A stretch of DNA of 64,000 nt. Source: an uncultured Erysipelotrichaceae bacterium (GTDB lineage Bacteria > Bacillota_I > Bacilli_A > RF39 > UBA660). Positions 37,701-47,020 of this stretch are shown here, in pieces (position 1 is the stretch's first letter; every line of letters starts with the position of its first letter). A program made the position numbers and the translations under genes. The stretch spans positions 3,452 through 67,451 of the forward strand of contig CADCJQ010000009.1 of assembly GCA_902801795.1 (NCBI GenBank), given 5' to 3'. Below the pieces are notes generated by a model, which saw only the letters and a program-made list of their open reading frames with translations, had not been told where the DNA came from and made no database searches.

Positions 37701-38203
37701 AAAGCATTCATAAAAGGAACATGACCTGATATCGCTGATAAATGAGCAACACTTGTTAAATCCATAATATCTTGAACACTAGAATTCATTAAAATACCAA
37801 ATCCGGTCATACGTGTTGCATACATATCTTGATGATCTCCCATAATTGATAAAGCATGAGTTGCTAAACTACGACATGCTACATTAATAACTAAAGGAAG
37901 TCCTTCTCCGGCTATTTTATACATATTAGGAATCATTAATAATAATCCCTGTGAAGCGGTATAAGTTGTTGTAAGAGCACCTGCAAGTAGGCTTCCATGA
38001 ACCATACCAGCAGCTCCCGCTTCACTTTGCATCTCAACAACATTAACTTTCGTTCCAAAAAAATTAAGTCTTCCTCCAGCAGCATCTTTATCAACATTTT
38101 CAGCCATTGGTGATGCTGGTGTTATTGGGTAAATCCCCGCTACTTCCGTAAAATTATATGAAACATAACTACATGCTTCATTTCCATCCATTATTTTATA
38201 CAT
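34778..38203 (-). CDS. nifJ: pyruvate:ferredoxin (flavodoxin) oxidoreductase
   Basis: N-terminus MDGNEACSYVSYNFTEVAGIYPITPASPMAE. Two ferredoxin clusters, CIMCNMCSFVCP and CTGCGLCEKICP. TPP-binding motif GGDGWAYDIG. Length 1141 aa. Confidence 0.93.
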   Translation of the reverse strand: MYKIMDGNEACSYVSYNFTEVAGIYPITPASPMAENVDKDAAGGRLNFFGTKVNVVEMQSEAGAAGMVHGSLLAGALTTTYTASQGLLLMIPNMYKIAGEGLPLVINVACRSLATHALSIMGDHQDMYATRMTGFGILMNSSVQDIMDLTSVAHLSAISGHVPFMNAFDGFRTSHELDKVELIDLDRVKNLIDTKALNEFRNHGINLDDPHTFGTSQMDDVYFQNTEARNTYYDNLPDVVNDYMKKINKITGRNYQPFNYYGDSKAKYVIVAMGSVCETIKETIDYLMNEEGLPIGLIEVHLYRPFSSKYLLNVLPETVTDIAVLDRTKEFGANAPLYLDVVSVLKEQNLKINVYGGRYGLSSKDTTPSDIKSVYDMLMSNNKINGFTISIVDDVTNLSLPKNDFVIPSTNYEMVIMGYGSDGMVSASKDIMKITGTGSDAFVQGYFEYDSKKSGGVTKSHLRFGKEPIRSTYYVTNPNTIVLTKESYLGKYDILSGIRNGGTFILNTVKSKKEVLDILSNREKNILKSRNINFYIIDANAIAEEVGLHNKISSIMEVCIFKICKIIDFEYAKEEIKKSLTKKFQNKGGNVLEKNLVAISKCVDSIYKVEIGNTLFDEEKESDLSMYELINRRHGNDLPVSAFMDMKDGRTKPSLASEEKRFSSPIAPFCKKENCIMCNMCSFVCPHSVIRPYLLSEEEYEEAPEFVKENCQDANIKGENLKFIIAASIPDCTGCGLCEKICPGKKGEKAISMTDVITLKQNGMMEALDYLEKHVKEKDVMSKNTIKGSQFVEPKFKFPGACAGCGETPYLKLMSQLFGKSLVVANATGCSSIYSASFPATVYASPWANSLFEDNAEFGLGMYTADLTIKNRIKEILKSKIADATDDEIDLFERYASDTNIANSEELYNYVMENRIPGLYDLRNFIKKKTFFIVGGDGWAYDIGFSGIDHVLASGANVNILVLDTEVYSNTGGQASKSTQIGGIAKFAASGKKVNKKDLTKIALTYPDVYVATISLGANMNQSIKAMNEAVNYNGPSIIIAYAPCIAHGIIKGMSNSIDEEKLATESGYFPLFRYNPDTKKFTMDSKADFSKYSEFINGEDRYRTLKQINPDMYNELLEENQSNAEARYNYFKEKEEVTKE

Positions 38204-38946
38204 TATATCCCTTCTTTCTTATATACTTTATCCATACTTAATTGTTCTACTTCATCATCCATTTGATGATAAGGTAAATCTGTTTGTAAAGACATATTTT
38301 CCTCTATTTTACTACTATTAACTTTAGTAAGTTTAACTTTCTTCTTTTTCTTATCTTCTAATAAATCACATAAATTAGTTAAATGACGACAATAATAGTA
38401 AGCATTTTTTCCATTTTCTTCTTTAATACGATTAGTAAGAAAACCTATCACACTACTTTTATATTTAGGATTATGAAATTTATCATAAAGCCTTATTAAC
38501 TCCAATTCATTTTGTGATAATAAGTAATTTTTTCTTAAATATAATTCTCTTAACTTATTATCATCTTCTAAACTCTTTTTTATCTTAGTAATACTTTTCT
38601 TTCTTGAAGGTAATTCACTACCATGATAAATAACTTTAATTTGTTTAACGTCACAAAGTCTTTCATCTTTATAAGTATTTTCTAAAATGACAATTCTTCC
38701 TGTTGCATTATGATGATTTCTTTCGTTTTCATCTTGAATTAATTTCATATTATTTAAACAAAAATCACTTATTTTTTCATCATAAGTTTTTCTTACATCC
38801 TTATTTCCATTAAAATTATTTTTAATATAATTATCTAACTTATATAAGGAATTAGAAACAATTAAATCTTCTTTTAACCATCCATCTTTATCTAAAATGA
38901 ATGCTAAACTATATGTTCTACTATACATTTTATTCACCTCTTTCAT
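38203..38946 (-). CDS. hypothetical protein translationally coupled to PFOR
   Basis: 247 aa. Its TAA overlaps the PFOR ATG (TAATG). No motif recognised. Confidence 0.45.
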   Translation of the reverse strand: MKEVNKMYSRTYSLAFILDKDGWLKEDLIVSNSLYKLDNYIKNNFNGNKDVRKTYDEKISDFCLNNMKLIQDENERNHHNATGRIVILENTYKDERLCDVKQIKVIYHGSELPSRKKSITKIKKSLEDDNKLRELYLRKNYLLSQNELELIRLYDKFHNPKYKSSVIGFLTNRIKEENGKNAYYYCRHLTNLCDLLEDKKKKKVKLTKVNSSKIEENMSLQTDLPYHQMDDEVEQLSMDKVYKKEGI

Positions 38947-39282
38947 TATAAAACAAATTGTTCTTAAATACTAGTCCCTTTTACATTTTCTTGAAAAGAA
39001 AAAGACCAAAATTGCTTTTGTTCTTTAAAGATATTTGTACTTTTTATTAATTATTTTTTCCTCTTAATAGATAGTCATTTTACTTTTTGATTGTAAAATT
39101 GTTCCATATTTAAAAATATAATAATATTTATATCTACAATCCAAGAAAAAGGATAGGTTAAATCAACATCAATACTTTTTGGTTTTATAATTTTGTATAT
39201 AAATCTTTTTGTTAAATAGCCATATCCCATATTCATTAGATTATTTATCACTTAATCCATCATCATTAATTTCAATTTTATT

Positions 39283-41229
39283 TTATTGTGAAGTAATCTC
39301 TACTGTTCCTGTACCATATGTATATGTTCCTGTAACAAATGGAGTTCCCTCTCCAACTTCAAGAATATTCTTCCAATCAAATGCTCTATTGGATTTATTT
39401 ATAATTTTTGATAATGATATATTGGAATTATATTTTGCATCTAAAAAGAATGCCATTGAATCAATTGTAGTTACATTTCTTCCAATTGTTACCTGATGTA
39501 AATCGTTACAAACAAAAGCTTGTACTCCTATTTCTGTTACACTATCTGGTATTACTACCTCTGTTAATTTATTATTTCTAAAAGCATCACTTCCTATCGT
39601 TGTTACACTATCTGGTATTACTACCTCCGTTAATTTATTATTACTAAAAGCATCACTTTCTATTGTTGTTACACTATCTGGTATTACTACACTTGTTAAA
39701 TTTTTTTCAGAAAGGGCATTACTTTTTATCGTTGTTACATTATTTGGAATTATTACATCTGTACCACAAGATGTTTTTTTATCATCATAATCTATTAATG
39801 TAAATTCAGAAAATGTAAAACAATCTGCTGAAGAATTATTACCGGTTATACTAACTGTGACATTTCCAAGTGAATATTCGCCAAAAACAAATATATCCCT
39901 TTGATCTGTTTCTCCTAGAAAAATATAATCCCAATCAAATAAAGAATTTGAATTATTTTCAATGCTCGACAAGGAAATAATTCCTTCATACAAACCAATT
40001 GCTCTATAATAACCAAAGGCATACTTGCCTATTTGTCGCACATTTTTTCCTAATGTTATAGTGTTCAACATATTACCAGTAAAAGCATTTAATCCTATTG
40101 TTGTTACACTATCTGGTATTACTATACTTGTCAATTGATTTTCAGAAAATGCTCCATCTTCTATTATCGTTACACTATCTGATATTACTACACTTGTTAA
40201 CTGATTATTATCAAAAGCATGATTTCCTATTGTTGTTACACTATTTGGTATTACTATACTGTTTAAATTATTATATAAAAAAGCATTATTTCCTATTTCT
40301 GTTACACTATCTGGTATTACTACACTTTTTATATTGGAATTATAAAAGCCAGAAATTTTCTTTACAGGCAAATTATTTATTGTTTTTGGAATTATTACAT
40401 CTGTTCCACAACTATTATCATAATGAGTTATTTCTATGCCATCGTCCTTTTCTTGATATGTAAAACAATCAATTGATGTTGAAACCCCAGAAACCCAAAT
40501 ACCTTCATTAGCTTCTACCTTTATTTGAAATGTTATTGATGTATTTTGAAATTCATTCCATTCTTGTGTTGTAAATACTGTTCTTCCATTTGCCCATTCT
40601 TTAGTTGTACCCATTTCATCAGTAATCCCTATGCTATTATAGGTATCGCTTATGGCTATTTTATCTCTATCCAAGTACGCTTTAATAGTAATATTTCCGT
40701 TTATTCCTTCTGCTCCGGGAGCAATATAACCTACCATTATTTTATCATTTTCATTGATAACATCTTTTGTTAATAAACTATATATATGATTATCCGTTGT
40801 ATATCTTTCTTCAAAATAATCATCATTACTTGTTCCTAGTGTTCCACTTGCTGTAGTCATAACACTTATTGGTATTTTTTTCTTGTTATCACCGGTTCCT
40901 ATTATATTAGTTATATTTGTTGCACTAATTAAATATTCAACACCTTGATTATAAGTTGTATCACCTGATACATTAATAGTTATTGTACCAACTTTTGTAC
41001 TATCATCCATTATTCCAGGTTCTTCTGTGTTTATAGGAAAAAGATTGGTTAAATTAATTCTACCATCTTGACTAGAATTAAAAACAATTCTTCCTGTTCT
41101 AACAATATTTGCTGTACCTGTACGAGTATAGTTAAAAAAGGCAACTGATACTCCAAGCATTATACTTAAAACCCCCACGAATGCTAAAATACTAAGTATT
41201 TTTATCTTTTTCTCTTTCTCCATATACAT
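39283..41229 (-). CDS. surface protein: TasA/camelysin-like N-terminal module plus BspA-type leucine-rich repeats
   Basis: The N-terminal ~240 aa are homologous to the 731-aa protein (AFFNYTRTG..., ...MGTT.EW..GRTV.TT.EWN). The C-terminal half is made of ~23-aa repeats, VVIPDSVTTIGSDAFRNNKLTE. Confidence 0.75.
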   Translation of the reverse strand: MYMEKEKKIKILSILAFVGVLSIMLGVSVAFFNYTRTGTANIVRTGRIVFNSSQDGRINLTNLFPINTEEPGIMDDSTKVGTITINVSGDTTYNQGVEYLISATNITNIIGTGDNKKKIPISVMTTASGTLGTSNDDYFEERYTTDNHIYSLLTKDVINENDKIMVGYIAPGAEGINGNITIKAYLDRDKIAISDTYNSIGITDEMGTTKEWANGRTVFTTQEWNEFQNTSITFQIKVEANEGIWVSGVSTSIDCFTYQEKDDGIEITHYDNSCGTDVIIPKTINNLPVKKISGFYNSNIKSVVIPDSVTEIGNNAFLYNNLNSIVIPNSVTTIGNHAFDNNQLTSVVISDSVTIIEDGAFSENQLTSIVIPDSVTTIGLNAFTGNMLNTITLGKNVRQIGKYAFGYYRAIGLYEGIISLSSIENNSNSLFDWDYIFLGETDQRDIFVFGEYSLGNVTVSITGNNSSADCFTFSEFTLIDYDDKKTSCGTDVIIPNNVTTIKSNALSEKNLTSVVIPDSVTTIESDAFSNNKLTEVVIPDSVTTIGSDAFRNNKLTEVVIPDSVTEIGVQAFVCNDLHQVTIGRNVTTIDSMAFFLDAKYNSNISLSKIINKSNRAFDWKNILEVGEGTPFVTGTYTYGTGTVEITSQ

Positions 41230-41364
41230 TTACTTTCACTTTCTTATTCATCCAAGTTTTCTTTCATACTACTTCGTTATTATAATTATATATTACTTTT
41301 CTTATTTTGAAAACTCTTTTTAAAAAAAATTCATCTATGTTAACAAACAAATATAAATTATTAT

Positions 41365-42534
41365 TTACTGTTGTTTTATATTCATAACTCCAACAAAGAA
41401 TCCAGAAAAAATAATTTGAATTCCTACTATTAAAGATGTTGTTGCTAATATTACTTGAGGCATAAAAGTATTTGGTTCTAAATTTCCAAAACTCACATTC
41501 TTCCAAGATACTAAAGAAATAATGGTTAAAATAATCCCTAGAATAACAAAGATACTTCCTATAAAAAAATATTTAATTGTTGAAATATTCATTATCTTCT
41601 TAGTTACTTTATCTAATTTATTAATTAAATTTACACGATATGAATATATTTTAGCAAAAAAAGAAAATATACAAAGTTGAAAACCAATAATAATAAAACT
41701 ACTAAAATATAACATTGAATGAATCCCTAAACTAAAGTCATTAGTAATAGATAATTTACCATTAAATAATAAAATAGTTCCAATTAATCCAATTAATAGA
41801 AGAACAAAACCTGGTAGTAAAAATAACCAATTTGGTGCATGAATTAAAAGAAAATTAAGATGACGCCATCCATCACGTAATGTTCTTAAATGGGGTTTCC
41901 TAGTTCTTCCATCTTTCTTTAATGTCGTAGGAACTTCACAAATACGATAATCATTTAATTCGGCTTTAACAACCATTTCACTAGCAAATTCCATACCACT
42001 ACAATTTAAATTAAGTTTTAATATTCTTTCACGATTAAAGCCACGTAATCCACAATGAAAATCTTTTATTTGACTATGAAAAAATAATCTACCAATAAAC
42101 GATAAAAAAGGATTTCCAATATAACGATGGGAAAAAGACATCGCTCCTTTTGCAATACCACCCTTAAAACGATTCCCCATAACTAAGTCATACCCAGAAC
42201 GTAATTTTTTAATAAATTCTTCTAAATGTAGGAAATCATAACTATCATCACAATCTCCCATAATGACATATTTACCTAAAGATTTCTTAATTCCGCCAAT
42301 TAAGGCACTACCATAACCTTTTTCTTTTATTTCAACTACACGTGCACCTAATTTCTTAGCAATCAATGAAGAATTATCCGTACTTCCATTATCTGCAATT
42401 AATACTTCTCCTTTTATTTTATTCTTCTTAAGAAAACGTATCGCCTTATTTATACATACTTCAATAGTTTCTTCTTCATTTAAACAAGGCATAAGAATGG
42501 TTAACTCAATATCTTTCATATTATCCTTCCTCAT
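41365..42534 (-). CDS. family 2 glycosyltransferase with C-terminal TM domain (polyprenol-phosphate sugar transferase-like)
   Basis: Motifs ILMPCLNEEETI, ADNGSTDNS and DCDDSYD (DxD). Four C-terminal TM segments. Confidence 0.8.
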   Translation of the reverse strand: MRKDNMKDIELTILMPCLNEEETIEVCINKAIRFLKKNKIKGEVLIADNGSTDNSSLIAKKLGARVVEIKEKGYGSALIGGIKKSLGKYVIMGDCDDSYDFLHLEEFIKKLRSGYDLVMGNRFKGGIAKGAMSFSHRYIGNPFLSFIGRLFFHSQIKDFHCGLRGFNRERILKLNLNCSGMEFASEMVVKAELNDYRICEVPTTLKKDGRTRKPHLRTLRDGWRHLNFLLIHAPNWLFLLPGFVLLLIGLIGTILLFNGKLSITNDFSLGIHSMLYFSSFIIIGFQLCIFSFFAKIYSYRVNLINKLDKVTKKIMNISTIKYFFIGSIFVILGIILTIISLVSWKNVSFGNLEPNTFMPQVILATTSLIVGIQIIFSGFFVGVMNIKQQ

Positions 42535-43996
42535 TAACTAATTTAACTAACATATAATTAGCGTCTTTCATTTCAATTTCATATCCTTCTAATGATACCT
42601 TATTAAAAAAGTAATATAAAATATCTTCTTTATCAATTAACATATAATCAAATTGATACTTCTTTAAAAAGTCACGATAATCTATTTTTAATCTTTGTAA
42701 ATCATCATATTCTTTATATAAATCTTCTTTATGGTTATTTGATTTTAAAAATATTTCTGCACGTGGATCCATATAACAATAATAGCCACGATATTCTAAA
42801 TAACTACCATCTGCAAAATTACTATATACTTTTATTTCTTCTTTATTTTGAACATGCTTATCCAAGTAATCAATATATTTACTTATCTTAGGATAACTAG
42901 GTATCGGTATATTATAAATAACTAATCCAATACTAAGCAATGTTAATCCTAAATGAAAATAATGATATTTAGAAGAATAAGGCTTATCAATTAGTAACTC
43001 ATTATTTTTTTGATAAATATAAGCTAAAGGAAAGAAAGAACATATGAAAAAGAAATAAAATGATTTAACCGCATCAAAAGCTAAATAAGTTGTCCCAAAT
43101 AAAAATAGATAATAACGTAATGGAAGTTTCCTTTTCTGATAAAAATATATAATATAAGTAAAAATTATTGTAATAATAAATATTTTCCCTAGCATATCAT
43201 GAAAATCTAAAGCACGTAACTCGATAATAGTATTATTAAAAAGCCCACTTGAATCATATGATTTAAACCCATAAATAATTGTTTTTATACCATATGGATT
43301 TAATAAACCTGTTAAAAGCATTATAAAATATGTTAAGAAAATATATTTTTTTTGATAACCTTCTGATTTAAATATTCCAAAAATATTAAGTTTAAAAGAA
43401 TTAATTAAATAAGGTATTAATATAACAAGTAAAACAATAAAATATATACCATGCATATTTATTTGAAAAAGACTTATTAATGGTAAAAAGAACAAATACT
43501 TAACTTTATTAGTTTTTAAATAACTTTCTATTAAATAAAGCATTATAACTAAATTTAAGATAGTAAAAAGATGTGGTCTTGTTACAAAATATAAATCATA
43601 AAACAAAGTAAAAAATAAAGTGATTACTAATGACCTTTTTTTATTATTGGAAATAACATAACAAAGTTTATAAAAGAAAAAAACAGTTAATAAACCTATT
43701 AATAACATTAAAACAATCATTCCGACATTACCTAAATAATGATAAATAAGATAAAATAAGGTACAACTACCCCAACTTTGATAAATACAATTAATATCAT
43801 GAATAGAATTAATTGCAAAATGAGGAAAACCATTATTTAGTATATATCTTCCTTGATTAATCGTAAACCAAAAATCATTATCATAACTAAATCTTAATAA
43901 AGGAAGAAATAAAAGAACTACTATTAAATAAATCCACTGATAATTAGGTAAACTTCTTAGTTTTAACTTTTTAACAAATTCCATATTAATCTCCAA
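42521..43996 (-). CDS. polytopic membrane protein, GT-C/ArnT-like glycosyltransferase candidate
   Basis: 491 aa with more than 10 hydrophobic segments. It overlaps the GT2 gene start, forming a GT2 plus GT-C pair. Confidence 0.45.
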   Translation of the reverse strand: MEINMEFVKKLKLRSLPNYQWIYLIVVLLFLPLLRFSYDNDFWFTINQGRYILNNGFPHFAINSIHDINCIYQSWGSCTLFYLIYHYLGNVGMIVLMLLIGLLTVFFFYKLCYVISNNKKRSLVITLFFTLFYDLYFVTRPHLFTILNLVIMLYLIESYLKTNKVKYLFFLPLISLFQINMHGIYFIVLLVILIPYLINSFKLNIFGIFKSEGYQKKYIFLTYFIMLLTGLLNPYGIKTIIYGFKSYDSSGLFNNTIIELRALDFHDMLGKIFIITIIFTYIIYFYQKRKLPLRYYLFLFGTTYLAFDAVKSFYFFFICSFFPLAYIYQKNNELLIDKPYSSKYHYFHLGLTLLSIGLVIYNIPIPSYPKISKYIDYLDKHVQNKEEIKVYSNFADGSYLEYRGYYCYMDPRAEIFLKSNNHKEDLYKEYDDLQRLKIDYRDFLKKYQFDYMLIDKEDILYYFFNKVSLEGYEIEMKDANYMLVKLVNEEG

Positions 43997-44055
43997 ACAA
44001 ATTATAACATAGAAAAAAATATTATAGAATAACTATAACATTTTTTTTACAAACA

Positions 44056-44502
44056 CTAATTATCATTAATAACGATAATATTACCATCTTTATCTACTTT
44101 AATGAGATGTTTTTCTTCTTTAGATACTATTCCATTTATATTAACAAACTTAAAAGTAATGGTTGTTTCCCCTTCTTTTAATCCTTTAAAAACATAATTA
44201 GTATATATAGGAGCACCTACTATTCCACCTTTGTTTTCATTTTTAATTACATAACTTTTAACAAAAGAAACAATACTTAAATCTTCTATTTCAAATTCCC
44301 ATTTAAAAGGTATTCCGGCACTTATCTTATAAGTTAATTCTAATTCTTTAGTATTTTTCTTTTTAGGAATTAACCAAAAGCAAAGAATTAAACTAAAGAC
44401 TATAATTATACTAATAACTATTACTATTTTACTCATTTTTATCATAACTCCATTTTTAAGCAAAATTATTAGTTCTTTTATTAACATATATTCCATATAC
44501 AC
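44056..44502 (-). CDS. membrane-anchored protease inhibitor I42 (chagasin)-like protein
   Basis: The real start is probably MIKMSKIV or MSKIV (44445/44436). One TM segment, then GIPFKWEFEIED...GAPIYTNYVFKGLKEGETTITFKF. Family assignment is from recall. Confidence 0.45.
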   Translation of the reverse strand: MYMEYMLIKELIILLKNGVMIKMSKIVIVISIIIVFSLILCFWLIPKKKNTKELELTYKISAGIPFKWEFEIEDLSIVSFVKSYVIKNENKGGIVGAPIYTNYVFKGLKEGETTITFKFVNINGIVSKEEKHLIKVDKDGNIIVINDN

Positions 44503-45241
44503 TCATATAAAATGTTGAATTTGATATTTCATGAATCTTACAAAATTTTTTTACTTTCCTTATAATATCATCATCAATATCAAAAGCAATTTTACAAGAT
44601 TTTGAATAGGAAAAATTTTCTTTTTTAGAAGGAATATATGCATTATCTGGTACACCACTATCAAATATTTTCTCCCAAAAAATCTTATCTTGTTGCATTT
44701 TTTTACTAAAGGGATATTTTTCTTCTTTCTTAATATAACTTATATAAGAAAAAGGTATAATTATCTTTATTTTTTTACTCAAATATCCTAATACTTCATA
44801 TAATATTAACCCTAATGTATAGCCATCTCCCATTACATGATTTACCTTTATAATGATGCCACCAAAGCCATTCTTATATCTATAAATAGCAATATGATAT
44901 AAGTAGGAATCTAACATTTCAAGAGGTTTATTAATAATATTGTTCAATAAGTTTTTAACATCATCTTCTGTATCAACATCAATAATCTCAAAATCTATTT
45001 CTTGATAATCTTCAAAATACTGAAGTAATTTATTATCTTCTTTACATAGTTTTGTTCTCATACTAATATTTTTTTTAAAACAATAATTAATGGCTTTCTT
45101 TAATCTATTAAAATCTATTACTTGATTTATCTTTAAATGTCCCCATATAATATTTTTATTTGTAAAAACGATATTCCCTTTATCATCAAATTCAAATAAT
45201 ACACGCATTTGGGAACATGTTAAATTATATTTTTTCTTCAT
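44456..45241 (-). CDS. condensation-domain-type acyltransferase (HxxxDG), apparently C-terminally truncated
   Basis: HVMGDG motif at about residue 145. Only 261 aa, versus ~430 aa for complete condensation domains. The 3' end overlaps the next gene by 47 nt. Confidence 0.45.
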   Translation of the reverse strand: MKKKYNLTCSQMRVLFEFDDKGNIVFTNKNIIWGHLKINQVIDFNRLKKAINYCFKKNISMRTKLCKEDNKLLQYFEDYQEIDFEIIDVDTEDDVKNLLNNIINKPLEMLDSYLYHIAIYRYKNGFGGIIIKVNHVMGDGYTLGLILYEVLGYLSKKIKIIIPFSYISYIKKEEKYPFSKKMQQDKIFWEKIFDSGVPDNAYIPSKKENFSYSKSCKIAFDIDDDIIRKVKKFCKIHEISNSTFYMSVYGIYVNKRTNNFA

Positions 45242-45424
45242 ATGTTACTCCTATTAACTATTTTTTTACTTATCTACATCTATTGTATCATAGATATCCC
45301 CAAAATTTAGATTATTTCTTTTTTTATATAAAAATTCTTCTTATATAACGAATATGTTACATAAGAAGATATGATAATATTTTGAAGCAATGCAACTAAA
45401 TATTTTTTTAATCTACTAATAATA

Positions 45425-46312
45425 CTAAAATAATGTTATTTGTTCATTATTTTTTACTTCTTTTTTATATGCTTTTATGATATCTTTCATATTATAGAGT
45501 ATTCCATACTTATCACATTCATTAGTAAACGCCTTATATAATGATTTATAATTAGGAACAGCACAATTATATCTTTCTCCATAATATTTTTGATATTTTT
45601 CTTTTAAACCTTTAAAATTTTTATCTAATTGTTCAAAATAGTAATCTCTTTGATTTTCCCTTAAAGTCATTCCCATATAAGTATGAATAAACTTTGCACC
45701 ATTTTCATAAGCAAGTCTAACTAACTTCTTTATATCTTCTTCACCATCGGTAATAAATGGTAATACCGGATTCATCATTATCCCAACAAAGATACCATTA
45801 TCAGATAATTTTTTTATTGCTTCAAATCTTTTAGAAGATACGCAGACATGAGGTTCAATTATTTTCGATAATTCATCATGAGGAGTTGTTATTGTAAATT
45901 TAATTATTACATTATTTTTAGAATTAATTTCTTTAAGTAAATCTAAATCTCTTAATATCAAATCACTCTTTGTATCAATTGATACTCCATAATTATACTT
46001 AGAAATTAATTTTAATGCTCCTCTTGTTTGTTCATATTGTCTTTCTAAAGGATTATATGTATCCGACATTGATCCAATTCCTACAACCCCATGTTCGTGT
46101 TTTTTCGCTAATTCATTCTCTAATATTACAAGTGCCTTTTCTTTTCCTTTAGGAATATCAAAATCATTTATGTGATAACAATTACTTCTACTATCGCAAT
46201 ATATACATCCATGAGAACACCCTCTATAAAGATTCATATTATAATCTACACCATACCAATCAGTTCCATATTTAACTTTTGATAGGATAGTTTTTACTTT
46301 TAAAAATTCCAT
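45425..46312 (-). CDS. radical SAM protein (SplB/COG1533-like)
   Basis: CSHGCIYC (CxxxCxxC) near the N-terminus. Start moved to MEFLKV, which is preceded by ggtggtaaca. Confidence 0.75.
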   Translation of the reverse strand: MEFLKVKTILSKVKYGTDWYGVDYNMNLYRGCSHGCIYCDSRSNCYHINDFDIPKGKEKALVILENELAKKHEHGVVGIGSMSDTYNPLERQYEQTRGALKLISKYNYGVSIDTKSDLILRDLDLLKEINSKNNVIIKFTITTPHDELSKIIEPHVCVSSKRFEAIKKLSDNGIFVGIMMNPVLPFITDGEEDIKKLVRLAYENGAKFIHTYMGMTLRENQRDYYFEQLDKNFKGLKEKYQKYYGERYNCAVPNYKSLYKAFTNECDKYGILYNMKDIIKAYKKEVKNNEQITLF

Positions 46313-46587
46313 TGTTACCACCAACATTAATAATTATATCACGATTTATTAATGTTTTAAAAACTTCATATGTAATTTAGTATATTATGTCATCTATCAT
46401 CTTTAACAAATATTATAACAATTTTGCAGATATTGTTTTATGATTTATTACATAACTTATTTACTAAAAAAACCGAATCTACAAAATTCTGAACTAAATT
46501 CAAACGCTTATCTTTTATTCTTCTTTTAATAGATTTTTTATTATTTTTATAGTAAAAACACTATTTTATTATTAAATAAACTATATA

Positions 46588-47016
46588 TTACTTCATTGTA
46601 TCAAGAATATCATTGTATATGCTATCGCTATTTTCAGCAATAATATATATTAAGTAATTACCTAATTCTTTTTCCAATCTATTTTCTAATATTTCTAATC
46701 TCTTAGGTGAATATGATGCATTAAAATCCTTCACTTTAGCGAAATAATCTTTCATCTCATTTTTAACATTAGTCTTTTTAGATGTTTTAATTATTGCATA
46801 TAAATCCCCTTCCTCATTTTGTTTAAAAGTCCATTCATCCATATTATTAAGATCTAGTCCATATGCATCGGTTAATGTACTATCTGGAATAGCAACCATT
46901 CCATTTAAACTTTTTTCAATTGCTTCTTTCGCAGCAACCATATCTAGTTGTTTATCTGTCTTACCACAACCAACTAAAAATAAAAACATAAATAAAAACA
47001 AAGCTAACTTTTTCAT
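46588..47016 (-). CDS. DUF4358-like lipoprotein
   Basis: Lipobox FLVGCG. 142 aa. It is the last gene of the MBOAT-DHHW-SGNH cluster, where this family typically occurs. Confidence 0.55.
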   Translation of the reverse strand: MKKLALFLFMFLFLVGCGKTDKQLDMVAAKEAIEKSLNGMVAIPDSTLTDAYGLDLNNMDEWTFKQNEEGDLYAIIKTSKKTNVKNEMKDYFAKVKDFNASYSPKRLEILENRLEKELGNYLIYIIAENSDSIYNDILDTMK

Positions 47017-47020
47017 ATTA

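Noticed and set aside
39490-40400. Regular ~69-bp DNA periodicity in the 648-aa gene.
   Set aside because: Explained by BspA-type leucine-rich protein repeats (23-aa units). It is not an independent DNA element.
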